Source of the DNA: Bugula neritina
Lineage: Eukaryota; Animalia; Bryozoa
Reading direction: 5' to 3'
Assembly: GCA_964035545.1 (NCBI GenBank)
Contig: OZ037765.1
Coordinates: 21,018,995 to 21,082,994 of the forward strand
DNA: 64,000 nucleotides
This document shows positions 26,101 to 37,704 of the stretch, in pieces; the first letter of the stretch is position 1, and every line of letters starts with the position of its first letter. The position numbers and the translations under genes are program-made. The notes under the pieces were generated by a model, which was not told the origin of the DNA, made no database searches, and saw only the letters and a program-made list of their open reading frames with translations.

Positions 26101-29100
26101 GGAGCTGCTGATCAACAATGGCGATGATGGCTTTAGGTGGCGTATATACTCTATATGTACAACATCAATGTCTAGTCATAGTTGATAGATGCTGAGTGAG
26201 TCAGTGGGTTGATGTCATGTGATGTTGAGGCCTGTTGACATTTACAGGGAAGAAGAACAAGTCAAGCAGCCACCTTCTGTCATTGGCTCAACTCCAACAA
26301 AGAAGCCACCAGTACATAGCTCCTTTGCTCCGATTCTTCCTCAAGCCTCCTCAGCCTTAAACCAACTGAACACCTCTCAGGGTAAGCGTGATCTGCTGCA
26401 TAAGCATCACTAGTCTAAGTAAAATTGTGTGTAAATTGCTGGGCTAAAGCCACACAACACAACCATGTCTGTACAGCGGATTGCTCCATAATTAGGTCTG
26501 TGTTTGACTGTCAGGGTATGGACTGAGCATGCACAGTGGTGGTGTAGGAGATGTGCTGTCTTATCCTGATTACATGCCTATGGGCGGAGTCCCATCATTA
26601 GAATCGCCTGCCAATCAGTTTAGTAGCATTTCAGCTCCGCCTCTGGACATCTACTCTAACCTTCAAGTAGGTCAAGTTCTTGTTGACTCACTAGTTACTT
26701 ACCATCACCATGTAAAGACTCCATTGTAATTAATGAATGAATCACCATACTGTATTTATCATGTTAGTTGTGTCAACCTATAACATGGTAGGAAGGAAGT
26801 ATCTTCAGATGTGGTTATATGTTGTGTTCACAGCAGACTAGCCAGCACAACAACCCTAAGATGGCCAATGTACCACCACAGCCAGGCTACCCGCAGTCTG
26901 TTCTGCAACCCCAGCTTCAGCAGCCGCCCCTCCAGCCAGTGCAGTCGTCTCTCCAGCTGTCCATGCCTCCTCCCCAGCAACCACAAGCAATCCCGCAACA
27001 GCCGCCCACTCCTGGTGGTCAACCAACCCATATGCCATTCGCTGTTGTAAATGCGCCTTCACAACCCCAGCAGCAGCAGTTCAACATGCAGCAGCACCAG
27101 ATTGGTGAGTTTATTGAAGCCTGCAGCAATGTTGTCCTGTATGTCTCTTTTAGCATTGCTAAGGAAGTTGATCTTAGTCATGTAGTACTGAGTCATACTG
27201 TGTGTTTCCAATGCTTTCAGCTCCCAACTCTTCTATGTCACTTGCTAATCCCACCAACACAGCCAATGCTCCTCAACAACAGCCAGTGTACCCTCACCCT
27301 GGTAATGCATCTTATGTTATCAATGGACAGGAACCCTTCACAACTGTTGGTATGCCAGTCACCGGTGAGTTTCTATACATATCACTTGCTACTGACACTG
27401 CAGCTCCCAAAAATGACTCAGAACTTATTACTGAGACTTAATCCCAGAGTTCTGTTGACCTGTTCCCAAACAGTGAATGAAAAATCCATTATGATGCATG
27501 GACCGTGGTATATGAATACTTGATCAGGTTCTGTAGGTAACTCATGTAAGAACTACTGTGTGGGTACAGATACCAGTGTCAGGCACATGCTGGTGGCAGG
27601 AATGTAGTGGAAAGTAGTTGTTACTGCAATAGTTAGGCATTGCTTAGACTACTAGCTACTAGCTCCAACCTTGCATTGTATGTTGAGATATAAGCAGGGG
27701 GAGCCGATTGTCTCTATAGCAATGTGCACTATGTAATCAACTTGCCATTCTCAGCTTGTTTACTGTGTGCACCGAAATGGTTATATAAAACCACTAGTCA
27801 TTATGAAGATATGATTTAGTAGGTCATAGTTTGTACATTTAGGTCAAATGGTGCCCACTCAACTAGTACAGATGCCATGGGGCTTCTACCCTACTAACAT
27901 CATGCCCCCTCAATCAATGGCTAATCAGCAGCAGAGGCCCCCCAGTGGACAGCGACCCCCTACACCCAACCAGCAGCAAGCTGCCATGACACCAGCAGGG
28001 GATGGGCAGCAACAGCAGCCAGTGCCTATGAACACTGCTCCAATGCAGATACAACCCAACAACTTTGTTGACATGAACGGTTAATAAACTTTCATCTCTC
28101 TAGCCATCTAACTGTTCTATTTTACTTCTATGATTTCTGTTTTTATTGTAATAATTCATGCAGTCGTTGCACAGGGTAGTGCACGCAGCTTTAACCATTA
28201 ATTTGTGCTTGGTTATAAATTGCTTAAATTATACAATATTATCAAGTTGCTATTCTGAAATTGGCACTTGAGGGCGGTCAAGATCCTAAAAATAAGTAGC
28301 TAGTGTATGTAGTTTAATGTGAATACCAGATAACATCTTACATGAGATTAGTCTAAATTTTAATAACTGCTATTGAATTCCAACAGGTTTCCCTGTTTTT
28401 GTTGCTTGCTATGATCAAAATGGCCAGCTGGTTACCACCATGAACAACCCTCGTGGCATGCCAGGGGCTCCAATTAGACTCATTTCTCCTGCACCTTTCA
28501 TGTTCAACCCTGGTCCTAATACCTCTCAGCAGCCACAGCAAGGTGAGTCACCAGCTCTCTGTGCTCCATCTAGAGTTTAGATGTTGATTCTGCGTAACTC
28601 TTTTTTGCCTTCTTAGTTTAGATGTTTAAGATGCTGTAAATCAGCCTTGGCATAATGCACTTTCTCATAATTCTATAAATTCTCTAACTCCTGCATATGG
28701 ATCTTTTGGAGAAGGTTTTTTTCTTGATAATTTTAAACTTGTTTGATTGGTTTGGCTTGAGTTTGAGTAGCGAGCGTAGAATATGCACGAAGCTCAGTCA
28801 TCAAGCTAATCTTTCATTGGAGCATAAATGTGTTAAGCAAGTAGTGGACAAGTTGCTGCCATCATTGTATTTCTCCCCTTGCAAGGCAGCATGATGATCT
28901 GTTCTTTCTGTAGGTTTCAATGCAGTTAACTCTGTCAACTACAACAATAGTAATGGCGGGCCAGCTTCCATGGCCAATGTGCAGATGAATCCTCCAATGC
29001 AGTTGAACATGCAAGGACCTCCCCAACAGATCCCAATGACTTCCAATACAGGACAGATGAATGGTAATAACTTCTCTCAAGGCATGAACATGGCACAGCC

Positions 29101-32100
29101 ACCACCTCCTGCGCCACCTCAGCAGTCTGACTTTGGTTAGTATCTGCCACCTTTGAGCACTTTTTCAATTCAACTTTTTGACATTTTTCATGATTTATTA
29201 CCTGTTCCTGTCTGTCGGCTACTTTGTTTTCTGCATTCATTTTGTACTCTTCACCAGTTTATAACTTATATTTTCTAGGCATGCCTCAACGTCAAGACTC
29301 CTTCAATGATCACGGGCTCTATATGCAGTCCAGTCCTGCTGGGCCACTAGGTCTGGTACAACCTCCAGCGATATCCTCTCCTTTAGGCAACACCTCTGGT
29401 TTAGGTCTGGGTATGTTATCTTCTAAGTGGTCATAAGTTTTGGCTTGAAACTCTGAGCTTTGATAGTGCTTTGTGCGTCTCCATATCTATTGAGTCGTGC
29501 TTATCAAATTAGGTTGGGAACAATTTGTAACCTGAGATATCTGATCCCACCCAGAATTGTTATTGCTTACAAGTGCAAATATCGCATCACAATATTTTCA
29601 CATATGATGTCATGCTTTTGTAATCATTCGTTGTTGGTTGGCTCCAAGTCTGTTAGCATACATCCTATAAATTGTTTCCTATCTGCCAGCCATGATGGAG
29701 GAGATAAGTTACCATAGTTACCACGAGCCTCTTATTACTTACTATATCTGATATTTTAGGTTCAGGAGGTCGTCTTTACAGCACAGCTCCTGGTGCAGAA
29801 GGCACTTACAGAAACAGTGCCATGCCCCCTGGGCATGCTCACTCCAACAACATGTCATCTACCCCTATATTTAACAACCGCCAGCCTAAAGAGACACTCA
29901 ATGTGGGTCGAAGTAGTTTACTCGAAGATTTCCGTAATAACCGCATCGCCAATCTTCAGTTGAAAGATCTGACCCATCATGTCGTTGAGTTTTCTCAAGA
30001 TCAACATGGGTCAAGGTGACTGTTACCTCCTAACTTTTGGATTTAGTTTTTACCCTCTGCATCGGTTTCTAGAACTTTAGAGAGTTGTCTGTGGTGTATG
30101 TTTATATGTATGTATTTATAGATGTATTTATATATCTTCTGTTATTTAGGTTTATTCAGCAGAAGTTGGAAAGAGCCACCTTGGTAGAGAAGCAGCATGT
30201 CTTCAATGAGATCCTCACTGCTGCCTACAGTCTGATGACAGATGTGTTTGGTAAGTACTGCAGCCGTAGTGTATGAACATGTGTACAATGAGTTGTATCA
30301 GCTGCACACAACTACACATACTATATCTGAATAGCCGCAGCTAAGAGTGTTCATGGGCTTAGTGGCCAAATGCTATTAATTTATCTGGTGTTTTTGTACT
30401 TCCTACAACTTTGTCTAGATTTTAGTCTTAGTGTAAATATTTTGCTAAGGGCAATGGCTCCTGTTTATTTGTAAAGATATATCATTATCGGCTTCTTTTA
30501 CAGGAAACTATGTGATTCAGAAGTTCTTTGAGTTTGGTCTGCCAGAGCACAAGCAGGTTCTGGCTCAAAGGCTGACTGGCCATGTGCTTCCATTAGCCAA
30601 CCAGATGTACGGTTGTCGTGTGATACAGAAAGCTCTCGAGTCCATAACACCTGAAATGCAGGTATAGTTTGCTGGGATTCCAGGTTTCTGGTGAACTACT
30701 CAGTGCCTTTCTTAGAGCCCATTATTCATCAGCAGTTGAGCTTTTGTCAAAAAATCTTTACTTTTAAGTTATGTTACTTATTTTGTGAATAATGCTGTTG
30801 TTTAGATTGACATAGTGAAGGAGCTAGACGGCCATGTGTTGAAGTGTGTGAAAGACCAGAATGGTAATCATGTAGTACAGAAGTGTATAGAATGTGTTGA
30901 TCCTAACTACCTTCAATTTATTATTGAGGCATTCAGGGGACAGGTAAGTGTAAGGATAATTATAATGAATGAGTGATGGAAACATCCTGGCAATCAAACA
31001 GATGTAGTTGAAGCATTTGATAGTCTTGTTTTATAAAATCTAATCAGGGCTTGCTTTTGGTCTTCCATATGAGTGAAACTCAAGGAAGTGCACGGCTATG
31101 TGAAGCATTGATGACATGCATGACGTAAGCTCTTCCATGAAGTCCTTGTGTAACATCTGAACAAATGTTCAGTTTCAGTACATGTCACTGATTCTGTCTG
31201 TTGTAATACAATATGAATGTTTGAACTTATTATATATTTTCTAAAGAGTATTAAAAATGTGCCATGTCTTTTTTTTGCCTTGCTCTTTGAGCAATAGGAA
31301 ATTCTTTCATTTTGTCCATGTGGCCTTGTGCTATGACACAATATATAGCAATGAATTAATGAGCCATTCCGCACTGTAGGTGTGCACCCTGTCTACCCAC
31401 CCCTATGGGTGCCGCGTCATCCAGCGCATTCTAGAGCATTGTCGACCAGACCAGACGGACGTAATTCTCTCAGAGCTACACGACTTTACCGACCGGCTGG
31501 TGATGGATCAGTATGGCAACTATGTCATTCAGCACGTTCTGGAACACGGTAGACTGGAGGAGAAAAGCAAGATTGTCTCTCACGTGTCTGGAAGCATCCT
31601 TCAACTTAGCCAACACAAATTCGCCAGGTTAGTACAGCAGCAAGGTTAGTTCAAACATCTAATGCATTAGCTTTTACTTGGAACATTCAATGTTCAACTA
31701 TGCTCTACCTCTGATATGCAGGGCTTAATCAAGTTTGTAGCTCAATGCCTTCTCTTAAGTGGCATTTAATAGCAACTGCTGACTGTAGTACTGCATAGCA
31801 AGTAGTTAGTATAGAGTTGGTATAGACTATAGAGTTAGTGTAGACTATAGAGTTACTATAGAGTTGGTATAGAGTTAGTATAGACTATAGAGTTGGTATA
31901 GAGTTAGTATAGAGTTGGTATAGAGTTAGTATAGACTATAGAGTTGGTATAGAGCTAGTATAGAGTTGGTATAGATTTAGTATAGAGTTGGTATAGAGTT
32001 AGTATAGAGTTAGTATAGAGTAATTATGCTCTGTTGAGGCTTTGTCAAGGCTCTCATAGTTTATGCTAGTCTACAATACAGCTGTAAATTCTCTTATCTT

Positions 32101-33803
32101 TGACATCATAAAGTTTAGTCTAGTTACTAACTCCTTTTGTTGATCAAGTGTAATGTGTATTGTTTTTAATTACATTTTATTATTAGCTATTTGGTATAGA
32201 TATTCACAATGCCCAGCATGAATGAGTTTTTGCCACAAATTATAGTTTCAAAGTTGTGATTTCCGCTGTGTGTAATATACTGACTAACTGTAGCTTGCAA
32301 CCATCTAGTAATGCAACCATCTAGTAATGCAACCATCTAGTAATGCAACCATAGTGGTGCTCTACTTATACTGGTATTATCTGTGATTATATATTGTACT
32401 GCTCTGTAATTAATTTCAGTAATGTGGTGGAGAAATGCGTCACATATGGATCAAGAGCAGAGAAAGCAGTTCTCATTGAAGAAGTTTGTTCATCTGTTGA
32501 TGAAAGGCTAGTATTTTATTGATATTATGCGTATGTCGCCATAAACAGCTTACTGTGAACTGTTAAATGATGGCTTGTTAGCATTGCCACATACAATATA
32601 GCATAGTTGTAAGTTGTGACACCATGTAGGGTAAGTTGAAACCTGTTTTTTTTTTGTGAATTGTGGGGACTGGTAGTGTTGAGGCTCGACTTTAGGGTAT
32701 TTGGTGTTCTCTAAGATTAGTCGTAGAACCACGTTATGGCTGACCATTATTACTAACAACTAAAATTCATGTCCAAACAGTGCTAGCTGAGTTGACAATG
32801 CACATTCCTGGGGAGTGCTTGCTCCAACAGCAAATCTTTGTTGTGCAAATTCAATTGTGCTTTCAATAAAGCATTTTTTTATGAAGGTGCCAACATGCAA
32901 AAATGGGTGGGTGAAACCTTTGTTGCTGTATATCATTCTACCAACTTAAATATGCATGTAACTATTTTCGAGATTTTTGCCGTGTAATTGCAAAAAAAGT
33001 AAAAACAATTGGTCAGTTTTTTCAAGAGTTATCTTCCCATAATAGTTATATAAATATAGCAAAGGCCGGTTTACACTGCAGCTAAAAATGAAAGTCGTAT
33101 CCTTGTTCTTTGCTGTTGACAACTATAAAGTATAAGCAATCAACACATAGCTATTCAGCAACCCGCTAAAAGCTCCATCGCTAAAAACCCTAACCACTGC
33201 AATCAAAATCAGATGGCTCTGGTATAAAAAGTGATGAATGCATTGCTGAGTCGCTCCCTTATAGCTGTGGGCATTTTATATCTACATTGCTATATCTTCA
33301 CTAGAAATATTGTTCAATGGCCAATTAATTTTCAAGTTGTTTCACAATTACTTATTTGAATAGAGCATTTCATTTGCAAATTGGATGTTTGTGTGAAGAG
33401 ATGTTACTATAATTCTGAAGGCTTTCTTGACTAAATCATTTGGCTGACTGAGCAGAACTGAAAATGTTTTATATAAAAAATGCATTCCAATTTTTAAAAA
33501 AAGATCTATTCATCATTATTATGCTAGGTATGTGGTAATTCCATGTTTTGGACATGTTACAGTGGACAGAGTGCCCTCTATGTCATGATGAAGGATCAGT
33601 TTGCTAATTATGTAATCCAGAAGATGCTAGACATCTCAGAACCCAACCAGCGCAAGATACTGGTGCATAAGATACGCCCCCATGTTTCTACACTGAGAAA
33701 GTACACATATGGCAAACATATTATAGCTAAGTTGGAGAAGTATCTGATGAAGAATGGTGGAGGAGATTTGAGTGGCAGCCCACTCACTTTACCAAGCATA
33801 TAG
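23110..33803 (+). CDS. pum: Pumilio homologue (PUM1/2-type PUF RNA-binding protein), 20 coding exons
   Basis: Exons 23110-23364, 23634-23690, 24978-25098, 25215-25357, 25991-26136, 26248-26381, 26515-26666, 26834-27104, 27221-27364, 27843-28079, 28387-28542, 28914-29135, 29279-29410, 29760-30015, 30150-30250, 30504-30661, 30806-30943, 31380-31627, 32420-32506 and 33563-33803. N-terminal PUM motifs [41 protein letters not shown] and PIRLISPAP; Q/P-rich middle; [12 protein letters not shown]; eight PUF repeats (SRFIQ, NYVIQ, CRVIQ, NHVVQ, CRVIQ, NYVIQ, SNVVE, NYVIQ); ends [16 protein letters not shown]. The start could be 23110 or 23146. Confidence 0.97.
31806..32021. repeat. Minisatellite of 11-bp TATAGAGTT(A/G)G units interspersed with 7-bp TATAGAC, in a pumilio intron
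   Basis: Directly visible tandem array, e.g. TATAGAGTTGG TATAGAGTTAG TATAGAC. Confidence 0.95.
32296..32352. repeat. 16-bp tandem repeat, about 3.6 copies
   Basis: (TGCAACCATCTAGTAA)x3 followed by TGCAACCAT. Confidence 0.95.
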
Positions 33804-34034
33804 TTTTACTGGAAAGATGTCACGAGCTGTTCATATTGTTATATAGCCTGTATTCAAGTCTGTTTTAATTAATCGGTGGTGAAGACCTTTACCATAGTTT
33901 ATTAGATGTTTTAGTGCTGAGTAGGAGCCTACTGACGCTAGCCAGTACCAACCTCTGGTTTCTCTTTGCATTTTAGTTGCTGCTGTGATGGTCTGTTGCA
34001 TACTGGTATACCAGTTATAGGTGTGTGTATTATA

Positions 34035-35187
34035 TGTACATGTATGTGTGATAGCAGAGTGTGTGGTGCCGCCTGATTTGTCTGTATGCTTTTCTGGGTT
34101 GAAAAATAACAGTTTTACAAGATTTGGGAACAATCTCTTTAGTGGCACTGATCATGCTGCTATTACTAGGAGTGGTGGTCATACTTCCCACTGTGTTTGT
34201 CCATCTAGTCAAACCAAACCTAGTTTGGTATGTAAATTGTATGTATATATATATTCAGTAAATAGCATCTCTGTTTGAAACTTAAGTTAAACTGTTTGTT
34301 ACGTTTTACGACTTTTATTTCTCACTTTGCCTGATTGTACAGAGACTTGAAAGGACACCACTTTGTATTATAAAACGCTTGTAAATGAAACTGTTAGATG
34401 ACATTCCATGTCTTGGGAAGCTAAAGGTTTCCTGATGATCAACTAGTAAAAGAGCATTTCCATCATTTCACTTGATTTGTGATTCAGTTACCTGTTTTAT
34501 GTTGCTGGCAATTCAACCAATGCTCGCTCAATGATGTTTTAAGGTGCTAATGTATAGTGTACTATAAATCTAATTTAACTTGTGTACATTTGTGAATGGT
34601 GTATAAGGCTATTGTCCTTCAACCTTACCATTGCTAGATTCATAAAACAAAGGTTTCGCAACTTCATGTGTATTTTCCCACCTGGGGTGCCTCCAATTAC
34701 ACCATTCTGTTGGACTTGCTGCAACTCAGTTGACAGATTGTACAGCTGTTATTTTGCCAACCCAGATAAGATTCAAGTTTGCTTGCATGAAGAAGGTGTC
34801 CATTTTCTTCTGTTTTGTCCCAAGTTATTCTACTATTTATTTTCATTCTTTTAACCTGACGCTTATTAACATAGATAAAGTGTGCTACTTGAACTATGTT
34901 AGAAATGAAAGGTCCTAGGTGTATATTTGTATACAGGAATTTTTTTGCAGGCCATCATTTTGATGTGCTTGTTCTGTATGTAAAGGGTAAATAATTTATA
35001 AATGTACAAAAATCAATATTAATTATTGTTATATTATTGGTATTATAGATAATTATATTAGTGTACACAAATTCATATTCACTTTATTTCAACACTTTTA
35101 TTGTAATGCATATACCATGTCAATTTGTGAATGTTGTGTGATGTATGTTTGGCCTTTTGTGAATTTACATAAATCTTTTTGTAAATT
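34035..35187 (+). promoter_or_regulatory. Pumilio-response-element (UGUAHAUA) and near-match cluster in the presumed pumilio 3' UTR
   Basis: Exact TGTATATA at 34242-34249. TGTAHAT cores also at 34035, 34231, 34380, 34583, 34920 and 35180. Confidence 0.55.
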
Positions 35188-37704
35188 GCTCCACAAGACA
35201 ACAGATTTGTACCCCTGATAGAAATAATTAATATTAATTTTATGCTTGGAGATGTATTGACATAAAACAGTTATGGTATGACACTCTGTCTTTCCTGATT
35301 CATTGCATCAATAATGAAAGAGATATGATTACTAACAAAATATAAAATTTATGCAAACTCTTGCTAAATAATGTCTTGTAATTATTGTAATAATTATTAT
35401 AATTTTTGAAACACTCAGTTTGTTGAGCCAAGATTTTTTAATTTTGAAGCATTAAATGAGAGTTGACTTCAAAATTAGCAAAGGATCAAATTGCTGTACT
35501 TGAAATTTCTCACAAACATGCTGTTCAATTTTGCTGGGAACTATAAAAATATTATGTTGAATTATCTTGGTGAAAATTAATTCAGTGCCAGCCTATATAC
35601 TTTTGAGTGAGCAAAATGCAGACAATTGAGTATGTTGCATTGATAGCTTCTACTTGAAGTGATATGCAAGTTGTGCAATTAATGTTTTGCTTGCAAAGCA
35701 GAACACTATTGTATTTCTAATTTTACTGAAACTCTACAAAAAGGTTTTTGAAAAAGTATATGGAGCTCACAGCAATTCGCAAGATATCCTAGGGCTTAGA
35801 ATCATCTTCTTTCAACATTGTACTCGAACTAAAATAATATTATCATGTACGATCGGTTGAGATAAAGTTGAAGAGTGTCAGTATGCAGGTAAAATGTAAC
35901 AAGTTGTGGGGAAAGGTGAATATTAGCCTTCGTAGTATGTGCCGGCTTGAAGTTAATAATTTGCAAATCCAGAGTGATACCCTTTGTAAATCTACTACTA
36001 CTCTTGGAGTCTAGTACTTGCTATCCAAACTATCCATCCATTTTATTTATATAAATCAGATGTGTATTCATTTACCTTTGGTCTTGGTTACAGTGTTATT
36101 TTATTTTGACAGTTACAATGCTATTGTTTCTTAGTTTAAGTTTTGCAATTTAGTTCTGATCTAGCTTTGACGTACAAATTGAAATGCAATAATTAATATT
36201 ATTATCACTATGACTGTAGACTTATGCACTTAGAATTAGAGTATGAGTTTTAAACTTAGTATTACTTTTACTATAACTATAAGTATGAGTATGGTGATAT
36301 TGATAGTCATATTTATACTTTTAGTTACACTAGTACTAGTAGTATAACTTTATTAAGTTTATACTTATAGTTATAGTATAACTTATTTTTAGTCATAGTC
36401 ATAGTGGTACTCATACTGATGGTGATACTGATAGTAATACTAATAGTCTAATACTGTTACTTATAGTTATACTTACAGTGATAATCATAGCGATAGTAAC
36501 TATCGGTATTACCTAATATAATAATAAGTGTAACTGTAACTCTAACCAATTATTTTAAACTATTAGATTTAGTATTACTATTTCTAACACAGTACTACTA
36601 CTACTGCTTTTAGTAATACGAGTATTAGAGATATTCATTCCACACAGTCATAAACAATAGTCTATCATTACTCTATCTGTCTATGACTATGGCTATGAGT
36701 CATAACTCATAAGAATAACTATAATTACTATGCCATAGCCAGTTCTTCTGCTGTTCTGCTTCTGGTTCTAGCATAGGTATTTGCATTTTTGATTTTGATT
36801 AACTTGTTAGTAATACTTGTTATCAATTTAATTTTATTTTTACTATCAGTATGTTCGGCAGAGTTCTTACTTTGTGGCAGTAAATGTAATAGTCACAAAC
36901 TAAACTAAGAAATAAAATCAGAAATAATCTGATTTCTATTTCTAGCTGTTTGCTTTTACATATTTTAGACTGATAGTCTTAGTGTCAGAGGCAAATTTCT
37001 AGTTATAGATGCTGATGATAAAAGTGTTGACTTATTCATTTATTTTGAACTTTATTTACATATTTTAGTGGTGTGTCAATGGTTTATGCATTCACCACTT
37101 TCAGATTTTTTATTATTATAGTCTGATATTTTTATTGATAAAGGGGTGTCATTTTTTCAAAAGGACAAACCTTTTCTTTAAACTTTTCAATCAAAGCGAT
37201 AACGAAATTTAATTTCTTGTTGTTACTAGTCAGTTTCTTTTACATTAAAAGTTTAGACAATTAAACTTTGAAGCTAAGTCTCCTGTGGAAGTTTTAAAAG
37301 AATTAATCACTGTGATAACATTTACTGCAAATTCATGCGTTACACTATTGAATTGTTAGGTTAAATGACGGGTATTGCCTTTAACAACTAATTTATTTTT
37401 GCTATTTTTACAAAATTTTTACTTTATACATTCAATTCACAAAACTATAGTTGTAATCACAGTTCAATTAGTTTATTGTAAAAGTAATGTTTACAGTAGA
37501 TCATGTTGGCTTTTGTTAGAGGTACGATAAAAATAGATTGAAGCTGATAGACCATGGTGAAAATAATTTTCAGGAACATTATGTAACATGAAGCATAAAT
37601 GTTTATATATACCATGTGTATTGTATAGGAAAGTAAGATCTATCATCAATCTTGGCGGTTTCAGGTTTTGAGTGTATGTTTTAAGGTTTATCTGTGGCTA
37701 AACA

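Noticed and set aside
26811-29240. Several overlapping and antisense ORFs of 65-101 aa
   Set aside because: Shadows of the CAG/CCA-rich Q/P exons of pumilio.
31806-32352. Repeat arrays considered as CRISPR-like
   Set aside because: No unique spacers and a eukaryotic intronic context; ordinary minisatellites.
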